Shown: piece after piece, positions 45,931-54,621 of the stretch
Layout of the letters: each line of letters opens with the position of its first letter
How positions within the stretch are numbered: position 1 is the stretch's first letter
From: an uncultured delta proteobacterium
GTDB taxonomy: Bacteria; Desulfobacterota; Binatia; DP-6
Length of the DNA: 64,000 nt
Assembly (NCBI GenBank): GCA_963815115.1
Contig: CAWFFN010000009.1
Location: 32,001-96,000 of the forward strand
Direction of reading: 5' to 3'
Translations under genes and position numbers: made by a program
The notes under the pieces: model-generated
Told to the model about the DNA's origin: nothing
Databases searched by the model: none
The model's input: the letters and a program-made list of their open reading frames with translations, nothing else

Positions 45931-46353
45931 ATGGTTGCAAGGGGCAAACGGGGGTTCTCAGGCGGGCACGATAGGTTGGCTGGATTGTTCGAACCCGACG
46001 TTCTTCTACCGGCGCAGTACTTCGCGGCATTTCGGAGGTCTGGTGGCCTCGAGCGCGAGCGTCTCCTGATGCTCGCGGTGCTCGAGGATGCCATCGACTG
46101 CTACCAGAAGTACGCCCACGCCCGGGATCCGCGGGGACGGCAGATGTTCGAGGAGTCGCGCGAGTGGGTCCTGTCGATCGATCGCGTGTGGCTCTTCTCG
46201 TTCGAGAACATCTGCGAGACCCTGGAGATCAACGCCGACTACGTACGGCGCGGTCTCCGCGAGTGGCGTGAGCGAGGTCTCGGCGTTCAGCGGGCGAAGG
46301 TCGTGGACCTTCCGGCCGACGTCGCGGACGCCCTCCGCAAGGCCACAGCCTAG
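45931..46353 (+). CDS. Hypothetical helical protein
   Basis: GGAGGAGG RBS; PDVLLPAQYF...LMLAVLEDAIDC...FSFENICETL. Confidence 0.8.
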   Translation: MVARGKRGFSGGHDRLAGLFEPDVLLPAQYFAAFRRSGGLERERLLMLAVLEDAIDCYQKYAHARDPRGRQMFEESREWVLSIDRVWLFSFENICETLEINADYVRRGLREWRERGLGVQRAKVVDLPADVADALRKATA

Positions 46354-46357
46354 TAGG

Positions 46358-46472
46358 CCGACCCAAGACTGCGTCTTGGGTCGGAGAGGGTCGGAGAGGA
46401 ACGGCGAGCATGAGTCGTCCGGTGACACGTGCGAGCGCCGTGCCGCGGCCAGCTCAGCTGGCGCGGCAAACG
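46358..46472 (+). repeat. Two-hairpin REP-like element, copy B
   Basis: CCGACCCAAGAC-TGC-GTCTTGGGTCGG preceded by GTAG; TGCCGC-G-GCCAGC-TCA-GCTGGC-GCGGCA. Confidence 0.82.
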
Positions 46473-46534
46473 AGACCGCAGCCGTTCTGCGCTCTGCAGG
46501 CCGCCGAGCCTTAGGTGTGCCGGGCGTACCGAGA

Positions 46535-46631
46535 TGTCGCGCCGGCTCTGCCGGCCGCGACATGCAGGTCGTGCGTGCCACCGAGCTCCACTCTCGCGTC
46601 CGGTCCGACCCAAGACGCAGTCTTGGGTCGG
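46535..46631 (-). repeat. Two-hairpin REP-like element, copy C (inverted relative to B)
   Basis: First hairpin identical to copy B on the minus strand, directly after the yjbQ stop; second hairpin TGTCGC-G-GCCGGC-AGA-GCCGGC-GCGACA. Confidence 0.82.
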
Positions 46632-47024
46632 CTAGCGGACGGTCACGAGCACGCGCCGCTCGCGCGGTCCGTCCAGCTCGACCAGCATCACCGCCTGCCA
46701 GGTGCCGAGCAGCAGACGTCCGTCCTGCACGGGAATCGTCTCGCCCGGACCGAGCATGACGGCCTGGATGTGCGACGCCGCATTGCCGTCGACCCGATCG
46801 TGGCGCCAGATTCCGGCCGGCACGAGGCGGTCGAGCGCATCGAGCACGTCGGTGCAGATGTTGGGGTCGTCGTTCTCGTTGACCACCACGGCGGCCGTGG
46901 CGTGCGGGACGTAGACGCTGCACAGGCCCTCGGCGACCCCGCTGCGGGCGACGATCTCGGCCACGCGGGCGGTCAGGTCAACCATCTCGCGCTTGGCAGT
47001 CGTCCGTATTCGCAGCTCCCGCAT
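46632..47024 (-). CDS. yjbQ: YjbQ/UPF0047 family protein
   Basis: HATAAVVVNEN, DGNAASH, LLLGTWQ, ELDGPRER. Confidence 0.92.
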   Translation of the reverse strand: MRELRIRTTAKREMVDLTARVAEIVARSGVAEGLCSVYVPHATAAVVVNENDDPNICTDVLDALDRLVPAGIWRHDRVDGNAASHIQAVMLGPGETIPVQDGRLLLGTWQAVMLVELDGPRERRVLVTVR

Positions 47025-48009
47025 GGCACGCGCTCGATGTCGTCGTCGGGGACCCGTCGCTGCCCGAGACCACGAACGGCACCCCGCCCGAGTCCCTCAG
47101 GCCGACCTCGAGCTTGCTCCGATCGACGCCGTCCGCAAGCCCGTGCCGCGCGAGCTGATCGATCGCCTCGCGGAAGGTGGCCGGCGTCTTGCCGTAGATG
47201 TCCTCGTGCGACTCCACGTAGACGGCGCTTCCGCGCCGTCCCACCTTCACGGTCTCGTAGGCGAACACCCCCTGGGTACCGATCGGGACCTGGGGGAAGA
47301 GGCGCTCGATGTCCTCCGGATAGAGTCGCACGCAGCCATGGCTCACCTGCATGCCGACCCCCCACGGGATGTTGGTGCCGTGGATGCGGTACATCGGCAT
47401 GCTGAGCTCGAGGCGATACTTGCCGAGCGGGTTGTCGGGATCGCCCCCGGGGATGAAGGTGCGAGGGTCGTCGCGCTCGCGGATGTGCTCCTCACGAATG
47501 TCGTCGGGGATGTTCCACTGCGGATTGACGGTCTTGCCGATGACCCGGAAGCTGCCGCTCGGCGTCTGCCAGTCGTCTCGCCCGAGCCCGACCGGATAGG
47601 TGTGGACGAGCGTCTGCCCGGGCCCGGCCGGCGTGTAGTAGAAGAGCCGCATCTCCGGGACGTTCACGACGATGCCCTGGTAGGTGCAGCACGGCAGGAT
47701 CCACTCCGTCGGAAGCAGGACGGTGGCCCCGGCTGGCGGCACCCATGGATCGAGGCCGGGATTGGCGTCGACGATCTCGTTGTAGCCCAGCCCGTAGAGC
47801 CGGGCGATGTCCATCAGGGTGTCGCCCTTGCGCACGCGGTAGAGCCGGAGCGAGCCGAGGACCGGCGGCAGGCTGCCGGGCGCGGGCGTCGGGATGGTGA
47901 ACGTGACGTCTCTCCGCGCGAGGAACGTCTCTTCGGGGTAGTCGGCTCGCGCAGTCGTGACGACCACCGCGAGCGCGAGAAGGACCAGACCCAGCCGCCG
48001 CCACCGCAT
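46978..48009 (-). CDS. L,D-transpeptidase with LysM domain (ErfK/YcfS family)
   Basis: Signal peptide, GDTLMDIARLY, YPVGLGR, NPLG, IHGTN...SHGCVRL; 3' end overlaps yjbQ by 47 bp. Confidence 0.92.
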   Translation of the reverse strand: MRWRRLGLVLLALAVVVTTARADYPEETFLARRDVTFTIPTPAPGSLPPVLGSLRLYRVRKGDTLMDIARLYGLGYNEIVDANPGLDPWVPPAGATVLLPTEWILPCCTYQGIVVNVPEMRLFYYTPAGPGQTLVHTYPVGLGRDDWQTPSGSFRVIGKTVNPQWNIPDDIREEHIRERDDPRTFIPGGDPDNPLGKYRLELSMPMYRIHGTNIPWGVGMQVSHGCVRLYPEDIERLFPQVPIGTQGVFAYETVKVGRRGSAVYVESHEDIYGKTPATFREAIDQLARHGLADGVDRSKLEVGLRDSGGVPFVVSGSDGSPTTTSSACHAGAANTDDCQARDG

Positions 48010-48085
48010 GGTTCCGCTTACCGGCCGTCCGGCCGTGAGACAAGCATGGTCGTTGCACAAGATCGTACGCAGCGGTCGTGAAGCG

Positions 48086-49399
48086 CTAGAGCAACGCGCC
48101 CAATCCGCCCAGCCGCGCCCGGAGCTCGTCGACGTCGACGCAGGCGAGAGCGGTCGCTGCGGGAAGCGCCAGCGAAACGGCGGCGGCGGCCGCCTGCCCC
48201 TCACCCATGCACGGCCCGATCACGCGCACCGACGCGAAGCCCTCGCGCGTCGCCGACAGACAGCGGCCCGCCACGGCGACGTTGTCGAGACCCTGCGGGA
48301 TGAGGCAGCGGTACGGGACCGTGTACCAGAGGCCGTCCTCGAGGAACTGCCACTCCGTACGGCCCTCCGCGGCGTGCAGCTCGATCGGCCACGCGTTTCG
48401 GCAGATGCCGTCGTCGAACTTCCGGCCGCCGAGCACGTCGTCGCCGGTGAGCTGGTAGTGGCCGCGGATGCGCCGTGTCTCGCGCAGGCCGAGACGGGGC
48501 GCGGTGTCGGAGAGGAAGGCCTCCTCGAAGCCGGGAACGTGCGCCTCTAGGAAGGCGGCACAGCGTTCGGCCTGCTCCCGTCCCAGCATCTCCCCCAGCG
48601 TCAGATCGGCGGCGTCCGCACCGTCCACGGGGCGTCCGGCGACGGAGACGCGGCTCATCGCCACCAGCACCTCGCCCGGCCGTCCCGTCGGGATGAGATT
48701 GCCGGAGCGGCGCGGGAGATGGTCGCTGGCGAAGTGCCGTTCGAGGAGGTCGTTCAGATCGGCGAGGGCTGGCAGCGCGCGGCCGAGATCGACGTGCTGC
48801 ATGTAGAACATCATCGACGGGTACTGCAGCGTCTCGCCGCGCTCGACCGGCGCGCCGGCGGCGGCGGCCAGGGCCGCGTCGCCGGTGGCGTCGATGAAGA
48901 ACGGGGCCCGCAAGGCCATCAGACCGGAGCGCGTCGCCACGATCGCCGCCGCGACCGAGCCCTCGCTCACCAGCACCCGGACGAGGCGAGCGTACAGCAG
49001 GAGGTGGGGTCGTGCTTCGTCGCCCACCATGGCGTCGTAGAGCCGCTTCACCCCCCACGGCACGTACGGCACCGCGGCGGTGGTCTTGAACGGCACCGGA
49101 CCGTAGCACTGGCCGGCGGCCGCCAGGCGGTCCATCACCTCGGCCGCGAACCCGCCGACCAGGCGGACGAGGTCGCCGGACGGCTCGCGGTAGTAGAAGC
49201 CGCAGAACGTGCCGACGCAGCCGCCCGTCGACATGCCGCCCAGGAACGGCATCTCCTCGACCAGCGCGGTGCGCAGCCCGAGGCGCGCGGCGGTCACGGC
49301 CGCCGCGGTGCCCGCCGAGCCGCCGCCGACGACGACCAGGTCGAAGTCGCCTGCGACCGGCACGCGCTCTTCCGGTACGAGCACGTCGCCGGCCGTCAC
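48086..49399 (-). CDS. FAD-dependent oxidoreductase
   Basis: [34 protein letters not shown]. Confidence 0.9.
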   Translation of the reverse strand: MTAGDVLVPEERVPVAGDFDLVVVGGGSAGTAAAVTAARLGLRTALVEEMPFLGGMSTGGCVGTFCGFYYREPSGDLVRLVGGFAAEVMDRLAAAGQCYGPVPFKTTAAVPYVPWGVKRLYDAMVGDEARPHLLLYARLVRVLVSEGSVAAAIVATRSGLMALRAPFFIDATGDAALAAAAGAPVERGETLQYPSMMFYMQHVDLGRALPALADLNDLLERHFASDHLPRRSGNLIPTGRPGEVLVAMSRVSVAGRPVDGADAADLTLGEMLGREQAERCAAFLEAHVPGFEEAFLSDTAPRLGLRETRRIRGHYQLTGDDVLGGRKFDDGICRNAWPIELHAAEGRTEWQFLEDGLWYTVPYRCLIPQGLDNVAVAGRCLSATREGFASVRVIGPCMGEGQAAAAAVSLALPAATALACVDVDELRARLGGLGALL

Positions 49400-49403
49400 C
49401 GTC

Positions 49404-49874
49404 TCAGCTCCCCGTCTCGACGGCGCGCAGCCGTTCCGCGACCGCCGGCACCGCCTTGAGCAGCATGTCCCACCGCGCCAGCTCCGCGCCGGCAGCCGCG
49501 CTCAGCGCGTCGCGGTACTCTCCCAGCGCCCGGTCCAGCTCCTCCTCCTTGCCCTCGACGATCGCCTCGTCCTTGCCGAGGCACGCGTTCACCTTCTCGG
49601 CCAGCTCCTCGAGCCGTTTCTCGCCTTCCTCTCCGAGCTTGGCACTCAGCATCTCGCTCCACAGCGAGGTGAAGACGAAGGAGGGCACGGCCTGCCGGCG
49701 GAGGCCACCCGAGAGGGCATAGAGGCGGTCGGCCAGAGCGGCGGGCGTATTGAGCCCGCGCCGCGACTTGAAGGCGCCGAGGCTCGCGAACCGGTCGCGC
49801 AGGCGCTCCAGTCCGAAGTGGTCGACCATCGCCTGGACGGCATGAGTGAACTCGGGCTCGGTGAGATTTGCCAT
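49404..49874 (-). CDS. Hypothetical protein (156 aa)
   Basis: MANLTEPEF... fills the gap and is co-oriented with the downstream gene; TTGACA upstream. Confidence 0.7.
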   Translation of the reverse strand: MANLTEPEFTHAVQAMVDHFGLERLRDRFASLGAFKSRRGLNTPAALADRLYALSGGLRRQAVPSFVFTSLWSEMLSAKLGEEGEKRLEELAEKVNACLGKDEAIVEGKEEELDRALGEYRDALSAAAGAELARWDMLLKAVPAVAERLRAVETGS

Positions 49875-49955
49875 CGACTGCTTCTGATGACCTGCGCGGG
49901 AGCGGGCTGTCAACGGCGGTCGGGACGTGATAACCCGCCGCGCGGAGGATCGGGG

Positions 49956-50738
49956 ATGGCCCGAGAGATCGCGCTCGTCACCGGAGCGTCGAGCGGCATC
50001 GGCGAGGCGCTGGCCCGCCGGCTGGCCCGCGACGGCCTGCATCTCGGGCTCGTCGCGCGCCGCGCGGAGCGGCTGGAAGCGCTCGCCGCCGAGCTGCGCG
50101 CCGCGCACCGCATCGAGGTCCACACGCTGCCCACCGATCTGACCAGGTCCGGCGCGGTGGCCGGGCTGGTCGAGGAGCTTGCGCGCCAGGGCCTGGACGT
50201 CGACTGGCTGGTCAACAACGCCGGCTTCGGGACGGTCGGGCTCTTCCATACCATGCCGGTGGAGCGCGAGCTCGAGCAGATCGCGCTCAACGTCGAGGCG
50301 CTCGTCGAGCTCACCGGACGGCTCCTCCCACCGATGGTGCAGCGCCGGCGTGGCGTGGTGATGAACGTCGCCTCGATCGGGGCCTACCTGCCGAGCCCGC
50401 GCATGTCGACCTACACGGCGACCAAGGCCTTCGTCCTGAGCTTCACCGAGGCCATCGCGGAGGAGCTGCGCGACAGCGGAGTGCGCGTGCTGTGCGTCTG
50501 TCCCGGCGTCACGCGCACCGAGTTCCAGGATCGGGCGAACGTGGAGACCGCGCACGTGCCCGACTTCCTCCAGCAGAGCGCCGAGGAGGTCGCCGACGAG
50601 GCGGTGCGCGCGGTGGGGCACGGCGCCGTCGTGGTGAACGGGCGTCTCAACCGGGCGACGCTCGGGCTGCTCAAGTTCGTGCCGCACGTGCTCGTGACGC
50701 GGATCGCGAGCGGGCTGATCCGGTCGCGGGAGGCGTGA
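49956..50738 (+). CDS. SDR family oxidoreductase (DltE-like)
   Basis: TGASSGIG, NNAG, YTATK. Confidence 0.92.
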   Translation: MAREIALVTGASSGIGEALARRLARDGLHLGLVARRAERLEALAAELRAAHRIEVHTLPTDLTRSGAVAGLVEELARQGLDVDWLVNNAGFGTVGLFHTMPVERELEQIALNVEALVELTGRLLPPMVQRRRGVVMNVASIGAYLPSPRMSTYTATKAFVLSFTEAIAEELRDSGVRVLCVCPGVTRTEFQDRANVETAHVPDFLQQSAEEVADEAVRAVGHGAVVVNGRLNRATLGLLKFVPHVLVTRIASGLIRSREA

Positions 50739-50744
50739 AGCGTC

Positions 50745-51524
50745 ATGGCCGATCCCGTCACCCTGGTCACCGGAGCGTCCAGCGGCATCGGCGAGGCGCT
50801 CGCCCGCCGCCTCGCCCGGGACCGACACGACCTGGTCCTGACGGCGCGGCGGGCCGATCGACTCGAGGCCCTGGCACACGAGCTCGAGGCCGCGCACGGC
50901 ATCAAGACGCACGTCGTCCCCGCCGACCTGAGCCGTCCCGGTGCGCCGACCGAGCTGGTGCAGCAGATCGAGGCGCGCGGGCTCGCCGTGCACTGGCTGG
51001 TCAACAACGCCGGCTTCGGCACGGGGGGACGCTTCGACCAGCTCCCGGTGGAAGGGGAGGTGCAGGAGATCCGACTCAACGTCAGCGCGCCCGTGGAGCT
51101 GACCGGCCGGCTCCTCCCGAGCATGATGGCGCGCGGACGGGGCGTGGTGATGAATCTCTCCTCGATGGCCGGGTTCGGGCCGATGCCGTTCTCCGCGACC
51201 TACGGAGCGACCAAGGCGTTCCTGCTGAGCTTCTCCGAGGCGCTCTCGGTCGAGGTCGCGGGAACCGGCGTGCACATCGTCTGCGTGTGCCCCGGCTTCA
51301 CGCGCACCGAGTTCCAGGAGAAGGCGAAGATCGACGCGAGCGCCCTGCCCGCCTTCGCGTGGATGTCGGCCGAGACCGTGGCCGACCAGGCCGTGCGCGC
51401 CGCAAACCGGTCGGGGGTGCTGGTCAACGGCACCATGAACAGCCTGACGACGGTGTTCATGCGACTCGCCCCGCGCAGCCTGGTGGCCCGGATGGTGGCG
51501 GGGACGATGCGCGGCCGGGCGTAG
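50745..51524 (+). CDS. SDR family oxidoreductase, tandem paralog of the preceding gene
   Basis: TGASSGIG, NNAG, YGATK; long shared stretches with 49956-50738. Confidence 0.92.
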   Translation: MADPVTLVTGASSGIGEALARRLARDRHDLVLTARRADRLEALAHELEAAHGIKTHVVPADLSRPGAPTELVQQIEARGLAVHWLVNNAGFGTGGRFDQLPVEGEVQEIRLNVSAPVELTGRLLPSMMARGRGVVMNLSSMAGFGPMPFSATYGATKAFLLSFSEALSVEVAGTGVHIVCVCPGFTRTEFQEKAKIDASALPAFAWMSAETVADQAVRAANRSGVLVNGTMNSLTTVFMRLAPRSLVARMVAGTMRGRA

Positions 51525-51568
51525 CGGGCGTTCCGGCATCTACGCGTTGGTGACGCACCGAGGCGGTC

Positions 51569-51590
51569 CGCATACATTCGCATACATACA
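51569..51590 (+). promoter_or_regulatory. Putative TA operator, direct repeat CGCATACAT x2 with a 10-bp period
   Basis: CGCATACATTCGCATACATACATG abuts the antitoxin start codon. Confidence 0.5.
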
Positions 51591-51877
51591 TGAAGGACGC
51601 GGTGCTGACGGTGCGCTTGGCGATCGTGACCCGCAGGCGACTCGAGGCGCACGCCCGCAAGGAGGGCCGGTCGCTCTCCGCACAGGTGGAGCGCTTCATC
51701 GAGCAGGGGATGGCGCACGGGGGTCGCGGGCCTGCCCGGCAGCGGGGCCTCCGAACCCTCGCGGGTGCGCTTGCGGGAGGAGCCGTCCCGTCGCTGGCCG
51801 ATTTCCGCGAGGTGCGGAAGCTGTTGTCGGCATCGATGCTCCGCCGGACGCGGTCCGATGCCGAGCCTCGTCGCTGA
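51590..51877 (+). CDS. Ribbon-helix-helix antitoxin (putative)
   Basis: LTVRL...LEAHARKEGRSLSAQVERFIE; overlaps the PIN gene. Confidence 0.72.
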   Translation: MKDAVLTVRLAIVTRRRLEAHARKEGRSLSAQVERFIEQGMAHGGRGPARQRGLRTLAGALAGGAVPSLADFREVRKLLSASMLRRTRSDAEPRR

Positions 51878-52251
51878 CACGCACGCGCTCGTCTGGCACC
51901 TCGTCGATCCCCGTCGGCTCGGCAAGGGTGCGCGCCGCGCCATCGCTGCGAGCGACGCCGGGCGGTGGACGTGTCACGTTCCGGCGATCGCTGGTGGAAG
52001 CCTGGCTGCTTCACGAGCGCGGCCGCCTGCGCGTCGGGCCGGCCCAGATACTGGACGCGATCGCAGGGCACCCGGCCTACGCGATCCTGCCCCTGGACGT
52101 CGAGCAAGCGATCGAGTTCGGGGCGCTGCCGACGATCCGCGATCCGATGGACCGCTTGATCGTCTCCGCCGCGCGCGTCACAGGGAGCCGACTGGTCTCC
52201 GGCGACGACGACGCCCTCAGCGGGCATGGTCCCGAGGTCGTGTGGGACTGA
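51858..52251 (+). pseudogene. VapC/PIN-domain toxin with a frameshift near 51990
   Basis: LVADTHALVW...VPAI in one frame; LVEAWLL...RDPMDRLIVSAAR...LVSGD in another. Confidence 0.8.
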
Positions 52252-52345
52252 GTGGGACGACTGGCTCGGGACACGCACAGCTACGCGCTCGTCGACGCGA
52301 ACGCGGCCGGGCAGGACCAGCTTCCCTAAAGCTAGAGCTGGCGGA

Positions 52346-53734
52346 TCAGGTCGCGGCCAGCTCGGCCGACATCGGCGGGACCGGCGCCGCCGCGCGCAGG
52401 CGGCGCGCGAGGACGGCGAAGAGCGCCGTCATGGCGACCGCCGACGCCACGTTGCCGGCGGCGATGGTCGTGAAGACCGCGCGCTCGCCCAGCCCCAGGC
52501 CGTTGGTGCAGAGGACGGCCACCGCGAGCACGCCGGCGACGCGCGCGATCGTCAGGACGAGCGGGAGCGTGGCCCGACCGAGGCCCTGGAACGCGAACGC
52601 GACCACCATGGTGACGCCGATGAACGGATACGTCGGCCCGATGATGCGGAAATACTGCATCCCGACGGCATGAATTCCAGGGTCGTCCGTGAACAGGCCC
52701 AGCCAGAGCGTGGGGCGCCACCACACGATCAGCCCGGGGACACCGAGAAACACGACCGCGATCACTGCGGCGCGGGTCACGAAGGCGTGCACGCGATCGA
52801 ACCGGCCGGCGCCCGTCGCCAGCCCGACGAGCGTCAGCACGGCGGCGCCGAAGCCGAAGCCGAACGACATCAGCAGGAAGTCGAGCCGCGTTCCGAGACC
52901 GTACGCCGCGAGGTCGGCCTTGCCGAGGCGGGTCACCACGCCGGTGAGCGCCATCAGGCCGACGTTGCTGACCGACGTCGACAGCGCGGCCGGCACGCCG
53001 ACCCGGAAGATCTCGCGCAGGGGTGCGAGCGTGAAGCGGGCCGATCGGAGCACGGGACGCACCACCCCGCGGCCTCCGAGGACCCAGAACGCGCGCGCCA
53101 CCGTGGCGACGAGCTGGCAGGCGAGCATCGCCAGCGGCGCGCCCACGAGACCCCAGCCGAACACGAACATGAAGAGCGGCGTGCAGGCGATCTGCAGGAC
53201 GAGCGACGTGGTCGACCAGATCGCCGGCACGCGCACGTTGCCCTCGCCGCGGAGCACGCTGTCGAACATGCCGCCGAGGAAGGTGATCGCGGCGCCGCCG
53301 AAGAGGACGCGCCCGAAGATCGTCGCGCTGTCGAGCACCGGCCCGCTCGCGCCCATCAGCCGGAAGAGGACGGGTATGCCGACCTGTGCGGCGAGGCCGA
53401 AGCCGATGCCGATCACGACGCTCACCGCGAGCGCCTGGCCGGCGAGCGCGGCCGCAGACTCCCGGCGTCCGGCGCCGAGCGCTCGCGCCACCGCCGACGA
53501 CGCGCCCGCGCCGATGCCCCCGGCCATCGCCGTGATCGCGAGGAGCGACACGGGAAAGACCAGGGACACGGCGCCGATCGCGTCCACGCCGAGCCGGCTG
53601 ACGAAGTGCGTGTAGAGGATGTTCGAGACCGCGGAGACGGCCATCACGAGCGTCGTCGGTCCGGCGAGGCGGACGACGGCGGCGAGCGGCGCCATCGCCA
53701 GCAGGTGCTCGGGCTCGGAGCGACGGTCCGGCAT
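52346..53734 (-). CDS. MATE family efflux transporter
   Basis: About 12 TM segments; VARALGAG, LRGEGN, FQGLG. Confidence 0.92.
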   Translation of the reverse strand: MPDRRSEPEHLLAMAPLAAVVRLAGPTTLVMAVSAVSNILYTHFVSRLGVDAIGAVSLVFPVSLLAITAMAGGIGAGASSAVARALGAGRRESAAALAGQALAVSVVIGIGFGLAAQVGIPVLFRLMGASGPVLDSATIFGRVLFGGAAITFLGGMFDSVLRGEGNVRVPAIWSTTSLVLQIACTPLFMFVFGWGLVGAPLAMLACQLVATVARAFWVLGGRGVVRPVLRSARFTLAPLREIFRVGVPAALSTSVSNVGLMALTGVVTRLGKADLAAYGLGTRLDFLLMSFGFGFGAAVLTLVGLATGAGRFDRVHAFVTRAAVIAVVFLGVPGLIVWWRPTLWLGLFTDDPGIHAVGMQYFRIIGPTYPFIGVTMVVAFAFQGLGRATLPLVLTIARVAGVLAVAVLCTNGLGLGERAVFTTIAAGNVASAVAMTALFAVLARRLRAAAPVPPMSAELAAT

Positions 53735-53737
53735 CGC

Positions 53738-54589
53738 TCACACGTCGAGGCGGAACGCGTCGCCCTCGCGCACGACCCGTCCGGCCGACGGCGTCGCGAA
53801 GTGCGTTCCGATGAGCAGCGTGCGCGTCCCCGCGAGCCGCGCCAGGACGTCGCGGCGGGTGCGGATCGTGCGCTCCCGGTCGTGATCGGCAGTCGAGCAC
53901 CAGTCGAGCCGCGCCATCTGACAGGGATGGTGGAGGAAGTCGCCCGTGATGAGCGCCTCCTCGCCCTGCGAGGCGATGCGGACGCTCGAGTGGCCGGGCG
54001 TGTGGCCGAGCGTCGGCATCAGGTCGACCTCCTCGCAGATCCGGTGATCGACGCCAACCAGATCGACGAGCCCCGCGTCGAACACGGGCTCGACCGAGTC
54101 CGCGAACGCCCGCCCGTGGTCGTCGTCCTCTTGCCGGCTCCGCCAGTATTCGAACTCCGTGCGTCCGATCAGGTAGCGGGCCCGGGGGAAGGTCGGCGTC
54201 CATCGACCCCCGACGAACGTCGTGTTCCAGCCCACGTGGTCGACGTGCAGATGGGTGCAGAGCACGACGTCGACCGAGTCGGCTGGACATCCGGCGGCCG
54301 CGAGGTCGTCGAGAAACGGGCCGTGCAATCGGCTCCAGGCCGGGATGCTTCGCTCCTTGTCGTTGCCGATACACGTGTCGACCATGATCCGCCTGGTCGG
54401 GGTTTCGATGACGAGCGCGTGCACGCTCATGCGCAGCCGTCCCCGGTCGTCGATGAAATGGGGATGGAGCCAGCGATGGGGCTGGACAGCCTCGGGCGTC
54501 GCATCTGGCAGGATGAATCGCGACCCGCCCGTCGACTCGATCTCGACGATCCGGGTGATGCGCACGTCGCCGATCCGCCAGCTATCCAT
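53738..54589 (-). CDS. MBL-fold metallo-hydrolase
   Basis: THLHVDH, GHTPGH, GDFLH, GTHF. Confidence 0.93.
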   Translation of the reverse strand: MDSWRIGDVRITRIVEIESTGGSRFILPDATPEAVQPHRWLHPHFIDDRGRLRMSVHALVIETPTRRIMVDTCIGNDKERSIPAWSRLHGPFLDDLAAAGCPADSVDVVLCTHLHVDHVGWNTTFVGGRWTPTFPRARYLIGRTEFEYWRSRQEDDDHGRAFADSVEPVFDAGLVDLVGVDHRICEEVDLMPTLGHTPGHSSVRIASQGEEALITGDFLHHPCQMARLDWCSTADHDRERTIRTRRDVLARLAGTRTLLIGTHFATPSAGRVVREGDAFRLDV

Positions 54590-54621
54590 GCGTCACGACC
54601 ACGCGCCGTCGAGAGGGCTCC

